DNA from: the human T2T-CHM13v2.0 reference genome, Homo sapiens
Length of the DNA stretch: 64,000 nucleotides
Direction: 5' to 3' (one strand)
Assembly (NCBI RefSeq): GCF_009914755.1
Contig: NC_060931.1
Part shown: positions 1 through 13,354 of the stretch, piece by piece
Layout: each line of letters opens with the position of its first letter
Position numbering within the stretch: position 1 is the stretch's first letter
The notes under the pieces: model-generated
What the model saw: the letters and a program-made list of their open reading frames with translations, nothing else
The model's database searches: none
Told to the model about the DNA's origin: nothing
Translations under genes and position numbers: made by a program

Positions 1-791
1 CTTCTCTTTATTGGCTTGGGAGAAAGCTTGTTTTTCTGCATTTTTACACAGTGAGAAATTATCTTTAAAAATTATTCTAAATTGCTAAGAAAGATATGTT
101 CACAAATCATATAGCAGTTTATTGTTCCTTAAGTATTGATTAGTTAAAACAATTTTTAAAATGATGACCAATTATGGCACTCTTTCTTTCTTACAAAAGG
201 TTTAGTCCAGATTTCAGAACAGTATTTTCATATAATGAAAAATCAAAAAGCAAAATTTAAAATGCATATATATATTATGATTGCCACTGTGTAAATCATC
301 TAATCATAGAAAAAAGTACTAAAAGCAAACAAACTTATGTTCTGTTTAGTTTCCTTAAATTTCTGTATATTAAACTTTTTTAAAGTAATTGCATTTCATT
401 TACATAAGATTTCAATTAATTGAAATTAATTGAAACTATAATTAAATGTTAATAACTATTGGGTTTTACATTTTACACAGGGCATTGTGAGCTTGGTAAA
501 TCACAAAGTACTCTAACAGTAGTAGCTTTTATATTATTATTACACGTAACATTAACAATAACAAAACATTTTGGTGATACAACAGTCACTAAATAATCAT
601 GATAAATGAAATACCTGAGATTGAAAACAGCCAAACAGTTAAAGGCCTCACATGATTAAAAGGAGGAAAGATTGAAGATTGCTCGGAAGATTGCCTGAAG
701 ATCAGTTGGAAATAAACATAGATATGTGAATATACAAATGAGTTAAGGATAATCATAGCTAGATAATCATAGCTAAATAATCACTTATTCT

Positions 792-1107
<316 letters not shown>

Positions 1108-1441
1108 TCACTTATTCTAATACTGTATTTTAAGTATGCTTTCAGATGCTTAGATAAGTAACCGAAGAGAAAATTCAAGACATTTGAAAACATTTTAATA
1201 TTGAAACATTTAAATATTTTTTATTCACTCTGAAAATTTGCACGACAGTCAGAAATCTCTACACAATCCCAGCTGTTACCACAAATACCCTCTCTTGCCC
1301 ACCAGCAAAGGGACAGAAATTGCATTATTTCTTAGTTTTCAGTACTGTCATGTGAGTAACTAAGACATTCCCCCAGAATACATTTAAAGGAACATACATT
1401 TAATTCTAAAATTGATAGTCCTGGATTTTATGAAGAAGTAT

Positions 1442-2168
1442 TCAAAACACCTTTACAAATATTATAATTGAGGAAATTATGACAGTGAAAGAGATCAGAC
1501 CTAACAGACTCCATTTTGCTTTTAACCATTAAGCTGTCCTTGTTCATTCCTGGGCCTAGGCTGAACTGACCTTGGGAAGAAATTCAATTTATGGCTCAAC
1601 TCTGAAAGAAAATTGATAATAGTCCTTTCCCCAAAATACCCCTTTCTTGCCTGGGGATCAGTCTGTCTTTGCAGGACTAACAAATTAGCTACAAGATAAG
1701 AAATTATGGTTTAGGGATCACGCAGCCTCTGGCTGCAAGAGTCTGAACCTCCCCAAATTGCTCCTGGGGATAACACCACTATTGTAAAACCTAAGATCAG
1801 TGCTTGAGCTATTTTGCAGACCCTGCACTGGATCGATCAGCGGACACCACCCAGACTGGTAATCTGGCTCGACCAGTTCTGTGATCCCACCCAGGAACAG
1901 AAGACAGCAAGTTGTCTTCAACACCCTATGATTCCATCTCCAACCTGACCAATCAGCACTCCACACTCCTGAATCCCCTATCTGCCAAATTATCTTTGAA
2001 AGCTCTGATCCCGAAATGCTCTGGGAGACTGAGTTGAGTAATCATAAAACTCTGGCCTCCAGCACAGCTGGCTCTGCGTGAATTACTCTTCCTCCATTTC
2101 AATTCACCTGACTTGATAAATTGACTCTGTCTAAGCAGCAGGCAAGGTGAACCCATTGGGCATTTACA
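1442..2168 (+). mobile_element. LTR8-family solo LTR (ERV1)
   Basis: Matches recalled LTR8 consensus: ...GAGGAAATTATGACAGTGAAAGAGATCAGACCTAAC...AAGCTGTCCTTGTTCATTCCTGGG; ends GGCAAGGTGAACCCATTGGGCATTTACA. Confidence 0.85.
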
Positions 2169-2519
2169 GTTTCACTCTTTTTAGTCTCTCTCTCTCCCCA
2201 ACCCTTCCACCACCAAAAAAACACTTTTTATGAGAGAATTTATAGTGTGAACTTACATCTACCAAAATCCCCAGAGTGGAGGGATGGGATGTTTCTGGCA
2301 GGACAAAGAATAGAGATTTTGAGGAGAAAGAATGAGGAAGTACATTTATGTAGTATGTATGTGATTGTGTATAAATTAACTGAAGAGGCAGCAATTGTTT
2401 TAAATAAACCTGCGTGCAGTTAGTTAAGACTATAATTTAAATGGTTACTTTAACTTTAGAAGGATCACTTAACTCACAACTCCCTCACCATGTTTTGATC
2501 ACTACCATGGCTCTCCACG

Positions 2520-2547
2520 CCCCCCTCCCCACCACCCACCCCACCCC
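2520..2547 (-). other. Potential G-quadruplex tract
   Basis: Minus strand reads GGGGTGGGGTGGGTGGTGGGGAGGGGGG: five runs of at least 3 G with loops of 1-4 nt. Confidence 0.55.
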
Positions 2548-4674
2548 ACATCACAAATTAGGACACTGAGGAGTCCTTTGTCTATCTGAAAAGGAGAACA
2601 AGAAATCTCGCTACTAGTAGCACTCTTGTTGTCATATACTCTCTGGGAGACATTAGTTTTTTTTAGCTATTCCATATGCATAAGATGCCCATATGTTCTG
2701 AACAACAGCACATTGAAAACTCAAAGACAACTAAAATTTTCCACATTTCACACCCTGGTTCTAAAGATAGCTTCCCTTGAGCAAGTTTATGAACCTGAAA
2801 TAATCAGGATGGAGTCAGTCCAATTCTAATTAGCAACATAAACCTCTGTTAAGTCTTTCTTGGTGGATTGTTTCTAACTCTTTATATGATGCGTTTCCTA
2901 GGTGGCATTAAGAAAACATCTATAAAGAATGCACTTTTTTTTTTTATTCTGGTGGACTAAGTGAATAAACAACTTACAGGCAAGAGTTCAAAATAATAGA
3001 TATATTTCTAAATAAACATAAAATAAGTTCTGCTTAGGACCACTTTAATCATATCAAAGCAATAAGCATAAATAACTATAAGCTATGCCAACTGACATTT
3101 TCGTTGTATATGCAATATGAATTAAGTGTTCATATCATGGTTCCGGAATGAATGCATATCATCATGTAAGGAGGAAAAGAAATGCTTGGAAAAAGAAAAC
3201 TAGCAGGTAAGAGCACCAAGGAAAAATGAAGCTAGCACCATTTGCCAGTGTATAGCAAATGACCAATTGTGAATAAAATACAGATGTAAAAGATAATAGA
3301 GAAAAGAAAGAAATATCACTAAGATATTCTGAAAAGTGAAAATAAGCCATTCTCTCTAATATTTTTAATACCTTTGCTCAAAATGGATAAAAACCTCCAC
3401 ACACATAATTCAGTATATATGAGGTTACATTCTTGTTTCTCCCCTGCAAATATCTTACATATTTAACATCTTGAAGTATACTTTATTAGTGCAAAATACT
3501 ACTAATTCTGTGATATTTTGCTTACTTTGTTCGTACATATATATAGACTACTTAAAACAAAGAGACAAAAATAATTGTTATCAGGTTAAAGTTACTCAGC
3601 TTGAGAATTATCTTTTTGCAAATTGTTATTCATCCTTTCATTAATTTTTTTCTACTTGAGCTTGTCGCTTTCTAATCACTCAAAACTTTGTTTTGAACAT
3701 AATAACAATGAATTACAAAAAGAAAGACATTCTTCAGAAGTAATTCTTGATTCTGGAGTTTTAAATGTTGCTGATTGAAATAAATCCCCAGCTGACTTGA
3801 TGATTAAAGCTAAACATTTATCTAAATGTAAGGTCTTTTATTATATGTGGCCTTATTCTTCTTCAGCGTAATAGCAGAACAGCTTATTTTTTTGTATTTA
3901 ATGAACAGAAACACTAACTTATATAGAACATGGATTAGTTATGATATCTTTAATATCCTAAATGTTGAAATTTGAAAACATGCAGCTATTATTTTTTAGT
4001 CCTAGGAAATATCTAAATTACAACATGATCCCAGTGGGCAGGAAAATTACCAGACTTACTTAATTAATTGAGTAAATGTTATTGTATTTTAGTAGATATC
4101 CATTATTGTGTTTAGTAGATAATCAATATTTCATTTAAAATCCATTTGTTTAAAAAACTCACAAAAGTGGCTGCATAAACTGCATGGGAACTTTCTCACA
4201 GCTTTCTCTGTTATTAAAAGAAGATTACTAAAATATTATTTACAATCATAATTCATCTATAACACTTGAGAGAAAACTGTTTCTTATTCTATCCCAAGAT
4301 ATATAACACCTACTTTAAAAAAATATCTCATTAACCATGTTACATCTGTTATATGATAATTAATGTGTGTATATATATTTATGCTATTTTACGTGAAGTC
4401 ATATGTAATTGACTTGCATAATAACTACTTATATAAGTGAAGAGCCTTAGCTACCAGCAATGTAAATTACCTAGTTTTTTTTAGTAATACACACACATGC
4501 ATTACACACACGGACATAGATATGAAATTCAGAATATCTTTATGAATACAGAATTTCAGAACTTCAAACCTGAATTTACAAATGGTTATTATTGGTGTCA
4601 ATATAAAAGAGAAAAATTTCAAATTTGTGCAACCGTCCAAATCTCTAATTATTTTATTTTGGAATAAACTCTGG

Positions 4675-5235
4675 TTTTTAAATCTTCTTATCTGTATAAA
4701 TTTATGAGGTACAAGTTTAATTTTGTTACATGGATATATTGCATAGTGATAAAGTCAAGGCTTTTAGTTCATGCGTCACCAGAATAATGTACATTGTATT
4801 CATTAACTTTTCATCATCCACCTCCCTCCAATGCCCTACCCTTCTAAATCTCCATTGTCTATCATTTCACACTCTATGTCCATGTTACACTTATTGAGCT
4901 CCCACTTATAAGTTAGAACACACTATTTGTCTTTCGGTGTCTGAGTTGTTTCACTTAAGATAATAGCTTATAGGTCTATCCATGTTGCTGTGAAAGACAT
5001 GATTTCATTTTTTTATGCATGAATATTGTTCAATGATGCATATATACATTTTCTTCACCCAATCATCCATTGATCAACTTAGATTGATTCAGTATGTTTT
5101 CTCTTGTGTCTAGCACTGCATTAAACATACAAAAGCAGATATCTTTTTGATATAATTGTTTCTTTTCCTTTGGGTAAATACCCGGTAGTGAGATTGCTAG
5201 ACTGAATGGTTGTTCTAATTTAGTCCTTTGATAAA
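4675..5235 (-). mobile_element. L1 3' end (L1PB/L1MA class), 5'-truncated
   Basis: Antisense L1 3'UTR/ORF2-end motifs (GCTCCCACTTATAAG, TTTCACTTAAGATAAT, GGGTAAATACCCGGTAGTGAGATTGC). Confidence 0.85.
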
Positions 5236-5674
5236 TTGTGATTACTACTTTTGAAAAACCTCAGGAATATATTCACCATATTTAACATTGCAGGACAATA
5301 GAAATTAAAATGGATAAATTCATATACACCCACATACAAAAAAAAAAACATACCTTTGAAACACAGTACTCTCTGACATTAGTAAAAGCAAACCCCGTAG
5401 GGTAGTAATGTTGTGGCTTAGCCTATAATGATTCTGAGGAAGAAAAGTACCCTCTAGCATCTGGAAACCAGTCTGGCACTCACAGCTAGATTTAGAAGAT
5501 CTCCTGATGCACATAAATAAATCTATAAAATATCATCAGACAAGGCTACTCTGTGGCCATGGAAAAACAAGACAAAAACCAGAGTACTCAGAAACCATAT
5601 CTGAGGGGGGAAAAAAGCCACAACCAAAGAGAAAATAATCTCCTACTCTGACAAATTTGAGTGTCTGTTGCTTC

Positions 5675-6118
5675 TTTTTTTTTTTAAAGCATGTATCTTC
5701 ATTTTATTTTTTTAAATAATTTATTTTTATTGTATATGTTTATGAGGTACAATGTGATTTTTCCAATATATGTATACATTGTGGCGTAACTAAAGTGTTA
5801 GAATGTCTTTTATCAAGAAAACAAAAGATAACAAGTGATGGCAAGGACGTGGAGAAAGGTGAAAACTTACTCAATGTTGGTAGAAATATACATTACTACA
5901 GCTATTATAAAAAACAGTATGCAGGTTCCTCAAGAAATTCAAAATAGAACTACTATATGATTGACAATTCCATTTGTGAATATAAATACAAAAGAAAGGA
6001 AATAAGTATGTAACAAAGACATCTGTACCTCCATGTACATTGTAGCATTATTCACAATAACCAAGATATGGAAATGACTTATGTTGTCATCAGTCCATCA
6101 GTGGACAAATGGATAAAT
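5675..6118 (-). mobile_element. L1MA with 5' inversion (3' end on minus strand ~5675-5794; inverted piece on plus strand ~5795-6118)
   Basis: Poly-T followed by antisense L1MA 3' terminus (TATATGTATACATTGTGG), then a sense ORF2-end piece. Degenerate TSD TGCTTCTTT/TGCTTTTTT. Confidence 0.75.
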
Positions 6119-6197
6119 ACTGCTTTTTTTAATCAAAGCTTTATCATAGCTTTAGCCTCACTCCAGTCTTTCCTCCTTAGGTAGGATTTATTAAGAT

Positions 6198-8128
6198 AAG
6201 CATTTAACCAAGGAGGTGAAAGATGTCTGCAAGGAAAACTATAAAACATTGATGAAAGAAATTGAAGATAATATGAACAAAAGAAAAGACAACCCATGCT
6301 CATGGACCAGAAGAATTAATATTGTTTAAATGACTGTACTACCCAAAGAAATCTACAGATTTCATGTAATCCTTCTCAAAATACCAATAACATTCTTCAC
6401 AGAAACAGAAAAAAAATCCTAAAATTTGTATGGAATGACAAAAGACTCTGAATAGCCAAAGCAATCCTGAGCAAAGAACAAAGTTGGAGGTATCACACTA
6501 CCAAACTTCAATGTATACTACAAAGCTATAGTAACCCAAACAACATGACACTGACATAAAAACAGACAATGGACTGATGGAACAGAATAGAGAACCCAGA
6601 GATTAAAGCACAGATCTATAGCCAACTGATTTTTGCCAAAGTTGCGAAGAACACTCGGTAGGGACAGGACAGTCGTCGATAAGTGGTGCTGGGAAAACTG
6701 GGGTATCCATATGCAGAAAAATGAAACTAAGCCTCACCTCTCACTATAGAAAAATCAATTCAAAATGGATCAAAGTCCTAAATGTAAGACCCAAAATGCT
6801 AAAACTACTAGAAGAAAACATAGGGGAAATGCTTCAGGACATTGACCTCAGAAAAGATATTTTAAATAAGACCTCAAAAGCACAGGCAACAAAGTCAATA
6901 AACAAATGGAATTATATCAAACTAAAAAGCTCTGCACAACAAAGGAAACAATCAAAAAAGTGAAAAGACAACCTAGAGAATGAGAGAAAATATATACAAA
7001 TTACACATCTAACTGGGGATTAATATATACAATACTCAAGGAACACAAACATCTCTGCAGCAAAAAGAACAAACAATCCAAATAAAAATGGGCAAATGAT
7101 ATGAACAGACATTTCTCTAAAGAAGACATACAAATGGCCAATAAATATATGAAAACAAAATGCTCAGCATCACTCATCATCTCAGAAATGCAAACCTTAA
7201 AACCACAATTTGGTATTATTCTACCCCAGTTAGGATGGTTATTATCAAAAACACACATAAGAAAACCCCACAAATGCTGGTAGGGATATGGAGAAAAGGG
7301 AACCCTTATATAATGTTGGTGAGATTGTAAACTAATGTGGCCACTATGGAGAACAGTATGGAGGTTCCTCAAAAAACTGCAAATAGAACTATCATATGAT
7401 CCAGTAATCCCACTACTGGGCACTTATCCAAAGAATGGTAATCATATATCAAAGACAGATCTGTGCCCCCATGTTTATTTCAACATTATTCATAACAGCT
7501 AAGATATGGAATCAATCTACATGTCCAATAATAAATAAATGAAAAAAGAAAATGTAATATGTACATATATATGGGGTATGGTATATATACACAATAAAAT
7601 ACTAGTTAGCCATTAAAAGGAATGAAATCCTAACATTTGTGGCAACATGGATAGAACTGGAAAACATTACATTAAATGACATAAGCCAGGAATAGAAAGT
7701 TAAATACCACATGTTCTCACTCATATGTGGAAGCCAAAAAAAAAATTGACCTCATGGAAGTAAAAAGTAGAACAGAGGATATGAGAAGCAAAGAAGAGAA
7801 GAAGGATGGGAGATATAGGAAGAGATTATTAAAGGATACAAAATTACAGCTATGTAGGAAGAATAAGTTCTACTATTCTGAAATACCACTGTAAGATGAC
7901 ATTGTTAACAATAATTTATATTATATAATTTCAAATAACTGAAAGAAGGATAGTGAATGTTCCCAGCATAAGGAAATGATAAGTGTTTGAGATGATGGAT
8001 GTGCTAATTACTCTGATCTGATCACTATACATTATATGTATTGAAACATTACCATGTACCTCATGAATATGTGCAATTATTATTTGTCAATTAAAAATAT
8101 GTTTTAATTTAAAAATTAAAAATTAAAA
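6198..8128 (+). mobile_element. L1MA (about L1MA4-6), 3' ~1.9 kb
   Basis: Decayed ORF2 peptides ([28 protein letters not shown]), an L1MA 3'UTR and an A-rich tail. Confidence 0.9.
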
Positions 8129-8723
8129 AATCACATAATTATTCCACCTTCTTGACATCATCTAATTCAGAAAGTTGTACTTGCTTAAACCTTCCCCAAA
8201 GTCACTAACACAGTTCTAAATCCTGTAATAACTCCTCTTTAACACTCTCTTAATAAGACACTCCATAATTCCCCACAGTATGTGTTCTTCTTCAATGCAG
8301 TGATTAATAAGCACAACTTGTTCAATTGGTAATCTATGGCTGCAGGGCATTGATCGAACAAAATTATTTCATAAAAAATATGCATTTTCATTTATCAGCA
8401 TACAGATATCAAGTATAATATTTAATATACTTTTACTACTTTATTTCTCATGATATATTTAAGTGTAGTCAAAACATTAAAATGTTTATTATACAGTCTG
8501 ATAATTTTGCATCATACCTATTTCTATAGATTTGCAGAGCTGGAAGCATGACAGGTTTAGGATGTAAGCATGAACAACCACACATTATAACTAGAGTTAA
8601 AAAAAAACTAAATAAATATTGTTGATATATAATATCAACCTAAATAGTTAGTATTATGAAGAAATGATTGGTACTTTAGAAAATTAAGTAGTATAGCTGG
8701 ATTTATTAGAACCAATGAGGTAA

Positions 8724-9998
8724 TTTTTTAAAAATTTCTACTTTTATTTTAGATACAGGGGTTACATGTACAGGTTTGTTACATAGGTATATTGCACCCC
8801 AGTGGCAAGCATAGTACCCAATGGGTAGTTTTTTAACCCATGCCCACTTTCTTCCCTCCCTACTCTAGTAGTTTGCAGTGTTCATTGTTCCTATGTTTAT
8901 GTCCATATATGCTCTATGTTTAGCTCCCACCTATAAGTGAGAACATATGGTATTTGGTTTTCTGTTCCTGCATTAATTTGCTTAGAAATGTGGCCTCTGG
9001 TTCCATCCAAGTTGTTGCAAAAGACATAAATTCACACTTTTCATGGCTGCATAGTATTCCATGGTGTATATGTACCACATTTTCTTCATCCAGTCCACCA
9101 TTGATGAGCCACTAGGTTGATCTTTTTGCTATTGTGAATGGTATGGGGATGAACTTATCAGTGCATGTGCCTTTTTGGTGTAATGACCTGGTTTTTTTCG
9201 ATATATACCCAGTAATGGGATTGCTGGTTCTAATGGTAGCTATGGTTTAAGTTTTTTTGAGTAATCTCCAGACTGTTTTTCATAGTGGCCGAACCAATTT
9301 AAATTCCCAACAATGGTGAATAAGCATTCCCTTTTCTCTACAGCCATGCCAGTATCTGTTGTTTTTTGACTTTAATAATAGCCATTCTGACTGGTGTGAG
9401 ATGGTCTCATTATGGTTTTGATTTGCATTTCTCTGATGATTAGTGATGTGAAGCATTTTTCTCATATGTTTGTTGGCCACTTGTATGTCTTCTTTTGAGA
9501 AGTGTCTGTTCATGTTCTTTGCCCACTTTTTAATGGGGCTGCTTGTTTTTTGCTTCTTGATTAACAAAGTTTCTTATAGAATCTGCTTATTAGAACTTTG
9601 TCAGATGCATAGTTTGAGAATATTTTCTCCCATTCTGTAGGTTGTCTACTTATGCTGTTGATACTTTCTTTTGTTGTGAAGAAGTTATTTAGTTTAACTA
9701 GGTCCCACTAGTCAAATTTTTTTTCTTGTTGCAATTGCTTTTGTGGACTTAGTCAAAAATTATTTGCCAAGGTTGATGTCTGAAGGAGTATTTCCTGAGT
9801 TTTCTTCTTGGATTTTTATAGTTTGAGGTCTTACGTTTAAACCTTGAGTTCAACATGAATTACTTTTTGTATATGGTGAAAGGAATGGATCCAGTTTCAT
9901 TCTTTCACATATGGCACACAGTTATGTGTGCTAGCCAGTTATGCCAGTACCATTTATTGAGTAGGGAGTTATTTCCCTATTGCCTGTTATTGTTGGGT
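8724..9998 (-). mobile_element. Old L1PA (about L1PA15/16), 5'-truncated
   Basis: Antisense 3'UTR (TACATGTACAGGTTTGTTACATAGG) and ORF2 remnant [19 protein letters not shown]. Confidence 0.9.
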
Positions 9999-12031
9999 TT
10001 AGTATTCCTCAGGTAGAAAGCAAAAATTCAAGAATCAACATTCTTCTATGTTTTCAGGAGATGAGAAAACAGAACAATACTGTCATATGCAACAACAACA
10101 AAAAAACTCAGTGACTAAGAATAAAATCAACAAGAAATGCTAGAAGAATACTTGATGTAATTTTTTTTAAAATATCACATTTTTATAAAGATTGAATGGA
10201 GATATGTAGGAGGAGTGGATATTAGTTCGTTGTAACAAATTCAAAGAAAATATAAATTCAAACTAAATATTTAAATAGTGTTTCTTGAGTGTAACAATTA
10301 GTTTTCAGGTGTAATAATCAGTTTCTAAAATAAATAAATACAGAGATTATTTTGAAAAAAAGTTCAGAAAAAATCAAACCTTCTGGAGATAAAACAAAAT
10401 GTAAATCAGCAAAATTCAGCAGGAGTAGACATAAGAGATAGAATAGAATCAAAGTGTCTATTATATATCATAGTTCACAAAAAGTTAACAATGTTCCTGC
10501 TCTCATCAGTGTCCATATGCCCTAATGGGATGGATAAGTATGTTACCATAACAGAGGTGTATATTTAATATATTCCAACTTTGTTTTAAAGAGCATATAT
10601 GCAATACGTCTATGCATATATATGTTGCATGCATACATGTTCAATAACCTGAAAATGAAAGTATCACACACAACGATACTTGAAAAATCAATCTTTATGA
10701 CTGGTTAGAGCAACTGTGTGTTCCCTAGTCTTCTTTCTACGTGATCGTATTTCCTGAATTTTCTTCAATATGCATATCTTTTGGAAGACATTATTCTAAT
10801 CCTTAATATAGGAATCTGCTATCAAAACATCAATGTGAAGGCTTATGAAACTCCTAGGGCACTTTCAGAGTGAGGTACCACTTTGACTCTATCACATTTT
10901 TAGTCTCTTCCAAGCCAAAAAGGTATAAGTGACGGCATCTACACTACTCTGCCCCATTTAAGTATTTGGGTAAAAATCCTTGCCTATAACTGTCATTATT
11001 GTTTTACTTATTACTTTTGCCCATCTTCCCATTTTTAAACTATATGAATCATTTGACTTAGGCATGCAAGCCACATACAATTGGTTTGATTTGTGATCTT
11101 TTGAAAATTATTTTTAATTGGTAGGTTTTCATGTATTAATATTACTAGGAATTTTTTTCTTTGTAGTTACTTGACACAAATAATACACTTATTAATATTA
11201 CAAGGAATTGGTAGGTTTACATGTATTAATATTACTAGGAATTTTCTTATCTCTATCATTGTTTGGCACCAATTTTTCATATTGTTTTCATTTTGTGTAA
11301 ACCTTGATGTGCACAAGAAATTGTGTACTTTCATTGTAGCAGTTGCTTTAGTGCAATATTCTGAGCCCCTTCCTTTTAAACAATATTGAATTTTTGCCTA
11401 TAAGTAAATCATTATTGACTTATTCTGTTTCCTCATTTCCCTCTCCTTCATATCTATTGTAATCAATAATATTATTTTTCTTTATGTTTACTTTTATGTG
11501 GATAAATATGCTTATATCTCTAAAACTTGATTTGTGAGCTATCATGTAAGAGGCAAACAATGAGATTATTCTACTGCTCACCTTTTCCTCCCATTCCTGG
11601 ACCTAACCCCTATTGCATTACTTATACAATTTCTATACTTGCCTGGACATATGTCATCCTATCTAATCAGCTACTCTTATGTGTACCTTTATTTTGTCTC
11701 AGATTTGCAGTAAAATATATACAAACATTTTGCTGAAATGTACCTCAGTGATTTTTTTGTTTGAGTGAAATCATCTAGTTGTTTCCTAAAGAAGGGCTCA
11801 TGAGAACAATACCCCATGAGTTCTTACCTGTTCAAAATTCTTTGGTTGTAGCTTTCGTACTGCAAGTGCTACTTGATACAAAATAAAACACATGGCTCCT
11901 ATTATTCCCTGAAAGATATTAACAAGTGTTCTTTTTTGTTTTGATTATTTATTACAAGTGTAGAGAGGAGATTTGGATCTATGTTGCCTACAGGTTTGTC
12001 TCAAGCTCTGTACAGAAATTTTTAATTTAAG

Positions 12032-12078
12032 ATTAGGTTGGTGCAAAAGTAATTGCGGTTTTTGCCATCACTTTCAAT
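12032..12078. mobile_element. Half MADE1 (Hsmar1-derived MITE)
   Basis: ATTAGGTTGGTGCAAAAGTAATTGCGGTTTTTGCCATCACTTTCAAT is one terminal inverted repeat plus spacer; the second arm is absent. Confidence 0.85.
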
Positions 12079-13354
12079 ATATTTTATCCTCAAATAAGAA
12101 ACTATCTCTAATAGAAAAGTCACAAAGAAAATCTATGAGTCTGTTAAGTCTACTTTTCTCTGAGGAATGGCTTTATACTGTGCTAACTAAAGCCATACAA
12201 TAGAAATGTTTAGAGGATGTTGACTAAAATCATGTTTGATTTTACCATGTTTAGATATTTAGCATAAACTAACATTATAAAAAGGATCTCAGTTGTAAAA
12301 TTTTGACCATGAAGTTCAAATTCTTACAGCGTCATCATGTGTCTTTAAATAAAATACAGCTGCAACAAATATTTCTTCTGTAGCAAATGGGTTAAGTTAA
12401 ATTCTTTTTCTGGCATCACATATCCCGATACAAAATTAAAGGTTTCTGTTAGAAACATCTGTTTATGTAGATAAATTGACAGGGCAATTGACATCTACCC
12501 AAGAGTTTCAAAGAACTCAAGGGTAAAATTAGGAAATCACTGTCCAAAATGCACAAACTGTCATTATAAACAACTGTCTTATTACAAAACAGATAATTTT
12601 TAATCAGATTTTTCACACATGGCAAGAATGCTAAACCACTGTTGGAGGACTGCAGTGACTTTCTTACTAATCTTTCTTCTTCTAGATTATGTTCCTATAA
12701 TTCAGCCCACACACTACCACAGCAGTTATATTCCTAAAATATAATTTTCCATATCTACCCCGACTGAGAAACTACTTAATAAAATTCAGACTCCTCAATA
12801 TTTAACACCCTACTAAATATGATATGAATCTATTCTTTCATTTATATCTCTCATTGCTTTTCTTTTAGAAGACCTCCTGGAAAGGTCCAAGTATTGCTCA
12901 CAGAACATATAAAACACGGTTCTATCTTTGTTTACCCCTTTTTAAAATTCCCTGTCCTTAAATTACACTTGAAGATTTCATGACATCTCCTCTCCTTCTT
13001 TCTGTTTATGAATATCCAGCATTTCATTGAACAGCCAGCACAAATCCCACAATTTCTGTGAAATTTTGTCCAAATTTTTCCACCATTTTCTGAAATTCTG
13101 TAAATCCTGTTGAAGCAGAGACAAATAGATACTATTTGTATACTCCATTTTATACTCTAGATTTGGATACTCTTTTACACTCTAGATTTGGAAGATAACT
13201 ACTAAGAGTAAGGGAAGCCTAATATTATAGCTTAGACTTTTATATTATGTTTTTAAATTTTAGAGAAAAAGAAACACCTAATAAAATTCTCAAGGCTCTC
13301 CCATTTTAATTTAGCACCGTATTAGACTTGTAATAACTAAATATAGTTTATTTT

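Larger units (their letters stand above)
5409..8355 (+). mobile_element. MER67-like solo LTR split into three pieces (~5409-5674, ~6119-6197, ~8130-8355) by two L1 insertions
   Basis: Piece 1 has CAGACAAGGCTACTCTGTGGCCATG...AAGACAAAAAC, piece 2 has AGCTTTAGCCTCACTCCAGTCTT...TTTATTAAGATA, and piece 3 ends GCAGGGCATTGA. The pieces are collinear with the recalled MER67 consensus. Confidence 0.65.

Noticed and set aside
409-426. 18-bp palindrome ATTTCAATTAATTGAAAT, and similar short hairpins (e.g. 15612-15636)
   Set aside because: Low-complexity AT-rich palindromes with no supporting context.
615-694. Minus-strand AG/GT-bounded 80-nt segment (similarly 42745-42893)
   Set aside because: Splice signals are only moderate and isolated; insufficient to list as features.
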